A DNA stretch of 46,030 nucleotides. It comes from Silvanigrellaceae bacterium (GTDB lineage Bacteria; Bdellovibrionota_B; Oligoflexia; Silvanigrellales; CANGWC01). The stretch lies in NCBI GenBank assembly GCA_947457515.1, contig CANGWC010000003.1:1-46030 (forward strand). The letters are read 5' to 3'. The position numbers and the translations under genes were made by a program. Below the pieces are notes generated by a model that worked only from the letters and a program-made list of their open reading frames with translations, searched no databases and was not told the origin of the DNA. Below, piece by piece: positions 9,543 through 19,001 of the stretch. Positions within the stretch are counted from its first letter, which is position 1; every line of letters starts with the position of its first letter.

Positions 9543-10241
9543 TCAAAAAAAGAATGCCTGTATTCCTAAAGTACGATTATCATCATTAATCCCTAATTCT
9601 TTCGGAACAAAAAGACGTTCACTCTTCAAAGAAAACTTACAAGGCTTACTACAATCCTCTTTAATATCTAAATAAGGATTGAAAGCATTAATGGCATAGA
9701 TTTTCTCATTTAAAGAAAAAGAAGAGTATTTTAACTTTTTAAGAATATAAGAGGGAACTTGGAATCTCAGGTGTACTGCAGAACCTTTAACTTCTAATGC
9801 ACAATTACCCTTACACCAGAGAGTAAGATGGCTATCTTGAGCTTCTAAAGGGTACCAGCCTGTTTTATTGAGGATAAGACTAGAGGTTCCAAAGGGAGGA
9901 TACTTCAATCTTAATCCTAGAAGTCTTTGTTTATCTGGAGTCACAGAGGTGGATTGATAAAAATACAGTTTAGGAAAAAAATAAGAACTGGAATCTATGA
10001 AAAATCCATTGTCTTCTTTGATAAAAGAATAAAAAGATTTTGCGTTTAAACCACCTTGTGAAATAAAAAAGAAAGCATAGGGAGATTTATTCACAGTGGC
10101 AGAGAAAAATCCCCAAGGTCTTAACCATCTTTCAAAAAGAAATTCAGGATCATTTAAAACTTCAAAATGATAACCACCCCAACTCATCCAAAAAATAGGA
10201 AGTAACAGCAATAAAGAGAGGTACCTTAAACTTCTTAACAT
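9543..10241 (-). CDS. Hypothetical membrane-anchored protein of glycan cluster
   Basis: N-terminal hydrophobic helix; GWYPLE and C-terminal FVPKELGINDDNRTLGI motif seen in extracytoplasmic domains of glycosylation-associated proteins; likely start MLRSL at 10241. Confidence 0.55.
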   Translation of the reverse strand: MLRSLRYLSLLLLLPIFWMSWGGYHFEVLNDPEFLFERWLRPWGFFSATVNKSPYAFFFISQGGLNAKSFYSFIKEDNGFFIDSSSYFFPKLYFYQSTSVTPDKQRLLGLRLKYPPFGTSSLILNKTGWYPLEAQDSHLTLWCKGNCALEVKGSAVHLRFQVPSYILKKLKYSSFSLNEKIYAINAFNPYLDIKEDCSKPCKFSLKSERLFVPKELGINDDNRTLGIQAFFF

Positions 10242-11527
10242 TCTTGATACCCGGATGATATCCAACCTAATCCAGCTGCAAAAAAGAGATAAATGGAAGG
10301 AATATAATCAATTTCTTGTATACATGTGCAGAAAAAGACACTGATGAGAAAGAAAATAGAAACTTTATTAAAATGAAAAAAAAATTTTAAGTAAAGAAAC
10401 ATACCTGAAAGGATCAAAAGTCCATGAAACAATCCTAACTCAAAAAGGATTTGAAGCCATAAGTTATGAGCTGTATCAAATACAAGTTCTGGAGATGAAG
10501 TCGCATACAAAGAAAAAAACTGTTTCCAAGAAAACACTCCGTGACCCCATAAAAGTTTCTCCCAAAGAGGGGGAAACGCTATAGACCAAATTTGGAAACG
10601 TTCCTGAGATAAAAGATCTTTTTGTGGGTAAAAGATAAGTATAAATGAAACACTGAGTGTAACGGTCAATATCCCTAATAAACTATAAAAAAGTTTATGA
10701 GATCTTAAAGGGAAGAGTCTATGTAAAGAGTCTGTATTTAAAATAAAGATAAAAAATAGAGTCAGAGCACTGAGAAGAATAGCACCTCTTTGTTCACTTC
10801 GGATAAGATTGACTAGAATCACAATAATACTGAGATAATTTAATAATAAAGCTCTTCTTTTTTGGATAAAATACAAATTCATCGTCAGAGGAGTTAAACA
10901 AAAAGGCCATAACCAAGAAGGATTAGCAAATAGCCCCATGCCTCTGTGTTTCATAAAGCTCCAATTTTCAGAGTAGATAAAGTTAGAAGACCATAAGGAT
11001 TCTTTAAAGAAAGTCGGGCAGGCTAAACAATAAAGTTGAAGACCAAGGAAGAAAACCATCAGGATCATTGAAAATACTGAATTTAAGAAAACTTCTTTTG
11101 TTGAATATGCCAGCATAAAGACACAAAGAGCAGTTATATGAAGAGTTAACTGCATAAAACCTGATGAAACCTCGAAATTGAGCTGACTTAAGCATTCAAG
11201 CTTCGTCCAAAATCCCGGGAGTTTTAAACAACTTCTACTGATAGAAGAACTGTCTAAAAAGACGGGAGACATTCTGAATCCATAAAGAGTGATGAGACCT
11301 AAAAAGTAGATAAAAATCAGTTTTTGAGGTTGAGCGAGAACTCTCCAAAAGTCCTGAATGTAAAATAAAGAAACAGAAGTGATTAGAAAAAATAGAATGA
11401 GAGGAAAATTAAAGTTCGGATTTGTACTACAAATTGTTGAGAAGAGTAAAATAAAGATGAAAAAGAAAATCCTCACATTCTTGATGCAAAAGAATGAGTC
11501 ATTAAAAAGATAAAGTTTTTGAAGCAC
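10235..11527 (-). CDS. O-antigen ligase / Wzy_C family polytopic membrane protein
   Basis: Many TM helices, RGMGLFANP, SEQRGA, ERFQIW...GHG and TAHNLWLQILFELG motifs. Confidence 0.8.
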   Translation of the reverse strand: MLQKLYLFNDSFFCIKNVRIFFFIFILLFSTICSTNPNFNFPLILFFLITSVSLFYIQDFWRVLAQPQKLIFIYFLGLITLYGFRMSPVFLDSSSISRSCLKLPGFWTKLECLSQLNFEVSSGFMQLTLHITALCVFMLAYSTKEVFLNSVFSMILMVFFLGLQLYCLACPTFFKESLWSSNFIYSENWSFMKHRGMGLFANPSWLWPFCLTPLTMNLYFIQKRRALLLNYLSIIVILVNLIRSEQRGAILLSALTLFFIFILNTDSLHRLFPLRSHKLFYSLLGILTVTLSVSFILIFYPQKDLLSQERFQIWSIAFPPLWEKLLWGHGVFSWKQFFSLYATSSPELVFDTAHNLWLQILFELGLFHGLLILSGMFLYLKFFFHFNKVSIFFLISVFFCTCIQEIDYIPSIYLFFAAGLGWISSGYQEC

Positions 11528-12309
11528 TATTTTTGAAGAGTAAAATGAATCAATCCATGATCTAAAGGTTTAAACTTAGGAGTCGGTATACTTAAAGCTT
11601 CACATAAAGCCGTGAAAGATGCAGTTGTCATAGGACGAATCCTCCTAGGATCATTCCAGAAGTCTACCATATTTTGTGCATCATAGAATATCCCTTCACA
11701 TCTTCCTTGAGGATTAAGATGAGCATAGCTATTTTGAATGAGAAGACTTGTTTGTAAAGGAGTGATTCTTTCCATGAGAGAAGAGAGCCAGATATGATCC
11801 CAGGATTGTGTTTGTAGGAAAGCAGGAAGACTGGCTGCTTTTAGAGGGGTGAATTCTTTAATGTTTGAAGGTTTTTCTAGGAAAAGATCAGAGGTCTCTA
11901 AAATCAAAGAGGCTTCTTTAGATGAATAATGTTTTTGTATAAAATCTAATGAGGTATCATTGATAATACTTAAAGTTTTGATATCTGATGAATTGAGGTA
12001 ACTGGGTTCAAACTTTTGGCAGAAATGGTTTGATAAAAGTTTTAAGTTTTCTTCAATTTCTCCAGATCCAGCAAGGATTTGAGCTTGTTCTAACTTAATA
12101 TTTGTCATGGGAGCAGGAAGTCCATAAAGACGCCAATTGATCTGTGATTCAATGAGAGTGAGACGATCTGCAACTCTGAGAATATTTTTTTTCAAAGCAT
12201 CATTAGGATCGTATTCAATGGTACTGATTCCCAGTAGAGTTTTAATCACTTTTCTGATTTTGTGGACAATAGGACGCAAAAACTCAAGAAATACAGGTAA
12301 ACGAGACAT
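11527..12309 (-). CDS. Degenerate class I SAM-methyltransferase-like protein (O-antigen terminator-like)
   Basis: C-terminal WDHIW..LMER, LNPQG, FWNDPRRIRP resemble glycan methyltransferases; glycine-rich SAM motif I not recognisable. Confidence 0.5.
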   Translation of the reverse strand: MSRLPVFLEFLRPIVHKIRKVIKTLLGISTIEYDPNDALKKNILRVADRLTLIESQINWRLYGLPAPMTNIKLEQAQILAGSGEIEENLKLLSNHFCQKFEPSYLNSSDIKTLSIINDTSLDFIQKHYSSKEASLILETSDLFLEKPSNIKEFTPLKAASLPAFLQTQSWDHIWLSSLMERITPLQTSLLIQNSYAHLNPQGRCEGIFYDAQNMVDFWNDPRRIRPMTTASFTALCEALSIPTPKFKPLDHGLIHFTLQK

Positions 12310-12354
12310 AATTAGGATCTGACCTTAAAAAATAATAACATAAGAGATAATAGC

Positions 12355-14409
12355 CTACTCTGTATAAAGCTGCATACCTAAACCATAACTTATCCCAGCA
12401 ATAGGTATCGTGGGATTAAGGTTTTGTCGATAATCTATAAATAAACTGAGCATAAAATCTTTTAATCCTTGAGATGAGATCTCATCTGGAGATAAGTTGC
12501 CTAACCAATAAAGAGAAGAAGCTATAGATAAAGTCAGACCTAATCCTTGAGTGAAAAATCCAGCTCCTGGAAGAGGAGTATCTGAAACTTCATTCACACC
12601 TTCTCTAAACTTTTCTAATCCGTATCTTACGGAAAGAAGAGGAGTGATCATAGGATACAGTGAAAAGAAATGAAAATTAGCTAAAGCATAAAGTCCAATA
12701 TTATAAAAACCAATATGGATCGGATCGGAATTATCATTCATAGGAGCTGTTCCACTATTAAAAAGATAATCTACAGCAACACCTAAACTGAAGAGTCTTC
12801 CTAATCCATAAGTATAAGAAACGAGAAATCTCCAAGGAAGATCAGGATAAAATTCTGTGAAAACATTTTGATCCTGTGTGATCATTAATGGTCCCGTTTG
12901 TATTTCTATGAGTCCTTCATAACTTGCAGCTTCAGCTATGGGGAATATAAATTGATGAATATAAGTTGTGATGACTTTAATTCTATGAAATAAGCTTTCC
13001 CAAAGATCATGTAACTTTACCCCGGTGTAACCTGAGACCCATAGAATAGGTTTTAATAAAGAAGAAATAAAAGTATGTTCCCTGAGAAAAGAAGCCAAAT
13101 CAGGAGAATACTTCTCATAGATAGAACTTAATCCCCATTGAGTTAAATAACGATCCCTTAAAACTCTCCAATAATGAGCCGTAGAACTATCACCTCCGGA
13201 GACGGTTGAAACCATACAAGCCTGGTTATCTCTCACAAGACTAGGATCTAAGGTTGTACTGAGAAGAGGAGTTTCCTTTGGAATAAAAACAAGACAAGAG
13301 CTTCTTGAGAGCCCAATAGAACCCGAAGAATCAATAGGGTAAGCAAATACACCGTAAGTTTCATTATCATCAAGATTACTTAGGGCAACGGTTGATTGTG
13401 ATGCAGGCACTTGAAGAAGGTTGAAACATCCTTGTTCTACAACTTGTCCTATAGGAGGTAAAGATGGAAAATCAGGTATTGCACTCGTCTCTAAAGAATA
13501 TCCATTATAATCAGGTTTAACAGTAGGATCACATCCTAATGAACATTGAGAAGCATTAGGATTAGGTTTTAAGTAGACACATTTACTGGTAGGAGGAGTG
13601 ACACCTGTTTTTACAATCCAGGGATTAGGTTTAAAAGACCAGCTAGATGAATTTAAACAATCTTTATTTTTCCAATAAACCACTAGATAACCAGAGAGTC
13701 GAGAAGGTTGTGGAAGTATTTGTATGCTTCCTGATGTGCCATCCACAGCAGAGAGATCGTCGGGAGGAGTGAGAAGGAAAGAAGCTGTTCCATCAAAACT
13801 TTTAAGTCCAGATAAAGACACTTGATTTTTAATAGCCCCTTTGTCTTGACGCATAGAATAAGTAGGATACTTAATAGCGTTTTGGAAGTTGCCTGTACCC
13901 GTAGGATCATAGAAAACAGTAATATCAAGTGTTCTACTTGTACCATTTAAAGTGGTTGCTTGAAAAATATTATCCGGTAATTGTTGATTCGTAAATGACA
14001 AAGTGAATTTCACATCACCCGCCACCTTAATCGCTCGAGAAAGAGCATTAGGATCTGATGGTGTTGTTGATTGGGTGATTGTAACATTAGGGCTTTGGGG
14101 AGTGATAATTGTTGTTTGAGTTCCATTTCCAAAATAAAGACCCCAATTATTTTGATTATAAACAACAGTTCTTTGAGAGCTAGACTCTAAGGAAAAGGTA
14201 AACTCTACAATAAAATTACTGATAGGATCCGTTGCATTCTGTCCAAATGCAGGTGGAGTTGTCTGTATTGAAGGACTTGAAGTATTTGCAGAGAAGATAA
14301 GATCTGTTGGTCCAGTATCCATTAATGAGGATTCTATTTCCTCTCTCCCACAGAAATTTAAAGTAACTATTGATAAGATCAACCAGAATAAAAAAGGAAA
14401 GTATTTCAT
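12355..14409 (-). CDS. Lipoprotein-like surface protein with internal CFI-box-CTERM-like domain and C-terminal putative beta-barrel
   Basis: Signal ending LNFC; FN3-like YGVFAYPIDSSG; CMVSTV...LRDRYL...YEKYSPDLA followed by a hydrophobic helix; alternating aromatic beta-strands ending YGLGMQLYTE. Confidence 0.55.
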   Translation of the reverse strand: MKYFPFLFWLILSIVTLNFCGREEIESSLMDTGPTDLIFSANTSSPSIQTTPPAFGQNATDPISNFIVEFTFSLESSSQRTVVYNQNNWGLYFGNGTQTTIITPQSPNVTITQSTTPSDPNALSRAIKVAGDVKFTLSFTNQQLPDNIFQATTLNGTSRTLDITVFYDPTGTGNFQNAIKYPTYSMRQDKGAIKNQVSLSGLKSFDGTASFLLTPPDDLSAVDGTSGSIQILPQPSRLSGYLVVYWKNKDCLNSSSWSFKPNPWIVKTGVTPPTSKCVYLKPNPNASQCSLGCDPTVKPDYNGYSLETSAIPDFPSLPPIGQVVEQGCFNLLQVPASQSTVALSNLDDNETYGVFAYPIDSSGSIGLSRSSCLVFIPKETPLLSTTLDPSLVRDNQACMVSTVSGGDSSTAHYWRVLRDRYLTQWGLSSIYEKYSPDLASFLREHTFISSLLKPILWVSGYTGVKLHDLWESLFHRIKVITTYIHQFIFPIAEAASYEGLIEIQTGPLMITQDQNVFTEFYPDLPWRFLVSYTYGLGRLFSLGVAVDYLFNSGTAPMNDNSDPIHIGFYNIGLYALANFHFFSLYPMITPLLSVRYGLEKFREGVNEVSDTPLPGAGFFTQGLGLTLSIASSLYWLGNLSPDEISSQGLKDFMLSLFIDYRQNLNPTIPIAGISYGLGMQLYTE

Positions 14410-14418
14410 AATAAAAGT

Positions 14419-15429
14419 TTAAGATGAAAAAAATCCAACCTCAATGCTTTTGAGAAAAATTTGAACAGCATTTAATGACGCACCCTTACGAAGGTTGTCA
14501 CAAACAAGCCAATAAGAGTAACCAGAGTCAAAGTTTTCAGCGGGTCTTAATCGACTGACAAAGACTTCATCTTTGCCTTCACATTCTAAAGGTGTTGAAA
14601 ACATAGGGAAGTCTTCATATTGTATGCCTTCATATTGAGAAAGACACTGAACGATATCAGATTTTTGAGCTGGTTTATGTAAACCTAACGTTACAGATTC
14701 TCCGTGCCCAACAAAAGTAGGAACTCTTACTGATGTTGCGTCTATAGAAAACTGAAACTCCGGAACTGCTGTATAAAGAATTTTTTTCAGTTCTTCTTTA
14801 ATTTTAAATTCTTCATCCGTATGGCCGTCTTCTACAAAGTGAGAAACAAAAGGGAATACGTTATAAGCGATTTTCTTAGGAAAGGGCGTTTCGCTATCTA
14901 TTTCTAAAAGTTCAGATCTGAGAGCTTCAATTCCAGATTTACCTGCACCAGAAACACTTTGATAGGTACTCACAATAATATTCTTGATTCCATATTTTTG
15001 ATGGATAGGAAATAAACTGAGTGCGAGAGGAATGGTGCAACAATTAGGACTAGAAATCACAGGAAAGTCTTTAAGATCATTCACATTAGGAAAATGAATT
15101 TCAGGTATCACAAGAGAAACTCTAGGGTCCATTCTAAAGGCAGATGATTTATCGATACAAAGGACTCCTCTATCAGCCATAATAGGGATCCATTTTTTGG
15201 AGATTGCTTCAGAAGAAGCAAAAAAAAGAACATGACATTTTTCAAGATCATCTTCAGTCATTTTTTTTACGATAAATTTTTTATTTCGACAGACTAACTC
15301 AGTTCCTGCTGATTCATCGGATGCAAAAGCATGGATAGTTGAAGACTTGATAAATCTCTTCACTAAAATATCCAACAAAAGAGAGCCTACTAACCCTGTA
15401 GCCCCCACAATCCCTATTTCTTTATTCAT
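14419..15429 (-). CDS. asd: Aspartate-semialdehyde dehydrogenase
   Basis: IVGATGLVG, IDKSSAFRM, PNCCT, STYQSVSGAG, VRVPTFVGH, DNLRKGA; likely start MNKEIG at 15429 with GGAG RBS. Confidence 0.95.
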   Translation of the reverse strand: MNKEIGIVGATGLVGSLLLDILVKRFIKSSTIHAFASDESAGTELVCRNKKFIVKKMTEDDLEKCHVLFFASSEAISKKWIPIMADRGVLCIDKSSAFRMDPRVSLVIPEIHFPNVNDLKDFPVISSPNCCTIPLALSLFPIHQKYGIKNIIVSTYQSVSGAGKSGIEALRSELLEIDSETPFPKKIAYNVFPFVSHFVEDGHTDEEFKIKEELKKILYTAVPEFQFSIDATSVRVPTFVGHGESVTLGLHKPAQKSDIVQCLSQYEGIQYEDFPMFSTPLECEGKDEVFVSRLRPAENFDSGYSYWLVCDNLRKGASLNAVQIFLKSIEVGFFSS

Positions 15430-16270
15430 GATCTTCTCCATGGAATATATCCTCATCTACAGCAAAAAGATCTTCTTCGTCTACAGCAATGGGTCTATGA
15501 GAAAAAATCCAAAGAATCGGACCATGAATACAATAAATAAAAATAAATATAAGCAAAGCAATATGATACTCTATAGCGAATACTAAAATCGAAAGGCATG
15601 CTAAAAGAGCAAAAAATCTAAAAGGACGCTTTCTAGGAAGTCGTAAAGACTTAGAACTGAAGTATTCAAAAGTGGAGATCATGGCTAAAGCCAAAAATAA
15701 TGTAATGGCTCCTAGAATCCATTTTTGATTATCTATTTGAATGAGCTTCAAAACAGGCCAAAATGCAGATGAGTTCTGAAGATCTCCTAAAAGCGTATCA
15801 ATCTTATAAAAGCTCAGGCAAAGGATACAAATGGCACAAGCTGCCATGGGAAGAGGTAATCCCATAAAGTTTTTAGAGCTTTTACCTAAAGATGTTTGAA
15901 CGTTAAATCGAGCAAGTCTTAAAATTCCTGAAGTCAGATAAATCAGACTCAAAGCAAATCCTGTATTTCCTAATGGGTGTAATCTGAAAAAGAACATAAG
16001 CCATGCAGGAGCACAACCAAAGGATACAGCGTCACATAAAGAATCTAAGTGCATTCCAAAGTTACTCTGAGTCTTAGTGAGTCTTGCTACTCCTCCATCT
16101 AATCCATCACATAAGGCAGCAAATAAAATAAGATAAGCCGCAATGACAAATCTGTATTCTCCATATGCTGTATCTACAGTGACTCTCATAGAGAGAAATC
16201 CACAGAGAAGTGAAAGTAAAGTGATAGCATTAGGCAGTAAAAAAATAGCCATTTTTCTTTGAGGATTCAT
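15422..16270 (-). CDS. pssA: CDP-diacylglycerol--serine O-phosphatidyltransferase
   Basis: LPNAIT, DGLDGGVAR...FG..LDSLCD.VSFG.AP, LRLARFN, FMGLP. Confidence 0.92.
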   Translation of the reverse strand: MNPQRKMAIFLLPNAITLLSLLCGFLSMRVTVDTAYGEYRFVIAAYLILFAALCDGLDGGVARLTKTQSNFGMHLDSLCDAVSFGCAPAWLMFFFRLHPLGNTGFALSLIYLTSGILRLARFNVQTSLGKSSKNFMGLPLPMAACAICILCLSFYKIDTLLGDLQNSSAFWPVLKLIQIDNQKWILGAITLFLALAMISTFEYFSSKSLRLPRKRPFRFFALLACLSILVFAIEYHIALLIFIFIYCIHGPILWIFSHRPIAVDEEDLFAVDEDIFHGEDHE

Positions 16271-16275
16271 AATTT

Positions 16276-16713
16276 CTATACTTTAGGGGTAAAAGTTTTT
16301 TTATAAAGAGTATCTATACCATGACTATAGATAGGCGTAAAAATATCTACAGGTTTATAATCAAATACAGGCTCATGATAAAAAGAATCTTGAATCAAAA
16401 TAGGGTCATTTAAAATTTCATATCCTTTCATCTGAGGACACGATAAAAGACCATTCCCAAAGGCAGCAGCTAATCGAAGACTTGTAAAAGAACCTTTAGG
16501 TCCACAATAAATCACCAAACATTCTAAATCCTTTAAGTTTAAGTTTTCTTTTAAAAGACTTTCTTTAAAGGATCTTCCCAAAGATTCAGCATTCTCTACT
16601 TTGGATATTGAGGCTTTAGAAATATCTGTATTCCAAGTATAAATAAAAAATTTTTTATCGTGAGGAAGGATGAAAGCCCCTCTTTTATTACTGAAAAAGT
16701 CTTTGAATATCAT
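16276..16713 (-). CDS. tsaB: Short divergent TsaB-like (t6A biosynthesis) protein
   Basis: GPKGSFTSLRLAAAFGNGL matches the TsaB GPGSFTGLR motif; lies after rseP; start uncertain (16713 or 16725). Confidence 0.6.
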   Translation of the reverse strand: MIFKDFFSNKRGAFILPHDKKFFIYTWNTDISKASISKVENAESLGRSFKESLLKENLNLKDLECLVIYCGPKGSFTSLRLAAAFGNGLLSCPQMKGYEILNDPILIQDSFYHEPVFDYKPVDIFTPIYSHGIDTLYKKTFTPKV

Positions 16714-18187
16714 TGAAGAATACAAGAGCCATCATACTGAGAAGAAAAACGATACCAAATTTTACAAACCATTCTTGAAAGAATTTAGGAAGAGGTTTTC
16801 GATAAATGAGTTCAAAAAACTGAAACAGAATATGTCCACCATCTAATGGAGGAAGAGGAAGAAGATTAAATAAGCCTATATTTAAACTCATTCCTCCTAA
16901 TGTCATGAAAAATATACTCATTCCTTCTTCCGCAGCATTTTTAGCAACTTTAGCAATGAGAATAGGTCCACCTAATACTTTAGGAGAGAGTTGCAGAGTA
17001 AAAAGTTTTTGAATGGCAATCAAAGTATTTTGAGTTTGATCGACAATCATTTTAAGAGACCGATGGAAAGCTTCACTCCCATTTAAAATGGTCAGTTTTC
17101 TTGAAACAATGGAAGGCTCTTCTGTAAATTGAAGATTCAGTGGAACAGAACATTGCACTATTTTAGGAGATTCGCCTAATACTAAATAGTTAATAAAAAT
17201 AAGCTTTTGAGTGTATTTTGAAATCCATAACTCAATATCTCTTCTAAAAATAGGATTGACCAATGAAGAAGCTCCATTTTCAGAACTGAAATCAGATTTT
17301 GAGGATAAACCTAAAATCAAACTTTTTTCAGGAAGGCAAGAAGAAGTCTTAATTAAAGCTTCTAAGGGATAAGTCTCTTTTTCATAATTATGAGTACTCG
17401 GGATACTTAAATGCTCTATTTTATCATTTCGTAAGATTTCAAAGTCCCAGGGCTGAGAAGTGATTTCAAGGTTAAGAAAATCTTGAAATGATCTGATCTG
17501 ATTTCCATTCACGGAGATCAAAGTGTCATGACAAACAATGCCTTTTTGGCCAAGATAGCTGGAAGGTAAAGGACAAAGAATAGGTTTTGTGAATTCCGGT
17601 AAAATACCCACTTTACCTGTAGCTTGTTGTAACTCATTTTGAGTCTTTTCCGGGGTGACCATTAAGGAAAGAAGCTTCTGATTTCTTTGAATCTCTACAT
17701 CAAGAGGCTCTCCAGGAGATTTCTGTACGGTGTCAGTCAGTTCACTCCATGAATTGATAGGCTTATGATTAATGCTTTTAACAATATCTCCACTTTGAAG
17801 ACCAAAAGAACTGGCTACAGAATCTTTTAATACAAAGATCTGAGAACTCAGTTCTTGAATTCCAGAAGTCCATACTGTGAAGAAAACAAAAAATGCAAGA
17901 ATATAATTAAAAAGAGGTCCTGCAACAGATACAAAAAATCTAACATGCAAAGGAGCCTGAGTGAGTCCCATTACAGAATCATCATTAAAACGAACATATC
18001 CACCAATAGGGATGAGACAAAGTTTGTAAACAGTGATGCCTCTTTGGAACCCCAAAAGTTTAGGGCCCACCCCAATACTGAATTCTAAAATTTCTAATTT
18101 AAAGAATTTCCCTATTAGGAAATGACCAAGTTCATGGATAAAAACAACAATGCCAATCATGGCAATAAAAGGAAGGAAAGAATTCAT
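16688..18187 (-). CDS. rseP: RIP metalloprotease RseP with PDZ domains
   Basis: FIHELGH, FSIG.GP, IPIGGYV, AGP, GPI, NLLPLPPLDGG; start 18187 (ATG) or 18196. Confidence 0.95.
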   Translation of the reverse strand: MNSFLPFIAMIGIVVFIHELGHFLIGKFFKLEILEFSIGVGPKLLGFQRGITVYKLCLIPIGGYVRFNDDSVMGLTQAPLHVRFFVSVAGPLFNYILAFFVFFTVWTSGIQELSSQIFVLKDSVASSFGLQSGDIVKSINHKPINSWSELTDTVQKSPGEPLDVEIQRNQKLLSLMVTPEKTQNELQQATGKVGILPEFTKPILCPLPSSYLGQKGIVCHDTLISVNGNQIRSFQDFLNLEITSQPWDFEILRNDKIEHLSIPSTHNYEKETYPLEALIKTSSCLPEKSLILGLSSKSDFSSENGASSLVNPIFRRDIELWISKYTQKLIFINYLVLGESPKIVQCSVPLNLQFTEEPSIVSRKLTILNGSEAFHRSLKMIVDQTQNTLIAIQKLFTLQLSPKVLGGPILIAKVAKNAAEEGMSIFFMTLGGMSLNIGLFNLLPLPPLDGGHILFQFFELIYRKPLPKFFQEWFVKFGIVFLLSMMALVFFNDIQRLFQ

Positions 18188-18207
18188 AAGCACCAAAGGA
18201 ATATCAT

Positions 18208-18972
18208 TTACACGGAAGAATTTAAAGCACTCATTCTATTTTGAGATTTTGGAACGAGTCCTCCAAAAGTACGTTTTCTTTGACTATAATTTTGTAATAA
18301 CTCATTAAAGTGATGAATATCAAAGTCAGGCCATAAACAAGGTGTAAAGAAAAGCTCAGCGTAAGCCATATGCCATAAAATAAAATTACTGATTCTAAAT
18401 TCTCCACTTGTTCTGATCACCATATCTAACTGAGAGAGAAGAGGGATATCAAAATTTTTCTCTAAGGTAGAATTCTCTATTTCTTCTGGAGATAATTCGC
18501 CACTTTGAACTTTCTGAGCGATTCTTTGAGTCATTCGAAGAATATCACTTTGTCCACTGTAACCTAACGCAATCACAAGATTCATTCCTTTAGAGTCTTT
18601 GGTAATTTTTTGAAGTTCTAATATCTGTTCCACTAAAGGTTCAGGGAATCTTGTAATATCTCCCATAACACTGAGTTTGATGTTATTTTCAATCAGTCTT
18701 GCTGATTCTTTTTCTAAATATCTTTTAAGAATATTCATAAGTCCTGAAATTTCCATGGTGGGACGCTTCCAGTTTTCATTGGAAAAAGCAAAAAGAGTTA
18801 AGGTTGAAATTCCGATTTGAGAAGCATGTTCTATAATCTCTTTAGCTCGATCAGCTCCCTTATTGTGACCTACGATTCTGGGGAGAAATCTTTGTTGAGC
18901 CCATCTCCCATTACCGTCCATAATAATCCCTACATGGTTTGGTAATTCATCTTTTGCTTTTGTAGTATCCAT
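18208..18972 (-). CDS. uppS: Undecaprenyl diphosphate synthase
   Basis: HVGIIMDGNGRWA, FAFSNENWKRP, IRTSGEFRISNF, RKRTFGG. Confidence 0.97.
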   Translation of the reverse strand: MDTTKAKDELPNHVGIIMDGNGRWAQQRFLPRIVGHNKGADRAKEIIEHASQIGISTLTLFAFSNENWKRPTMEISGLMNILKRYLEKESARLIENNIKLSVMGDITRFPEPLVEQILELQKITKDSKGMNLVIALGYSGQSDILRMTQRIAQKVQSGELSPEEIENSTLEKNFDIPLLSQLDMVIRTSGEFRISNFILWHMAYAELFFTPCLWPDFDIHHFNELLQNYSQRKRTFGGLVPKSQNRMSALNSSV

Positions 18973-19001
18973 ATGCCATCAATATACATAAGTGGTGTCA
19001 T

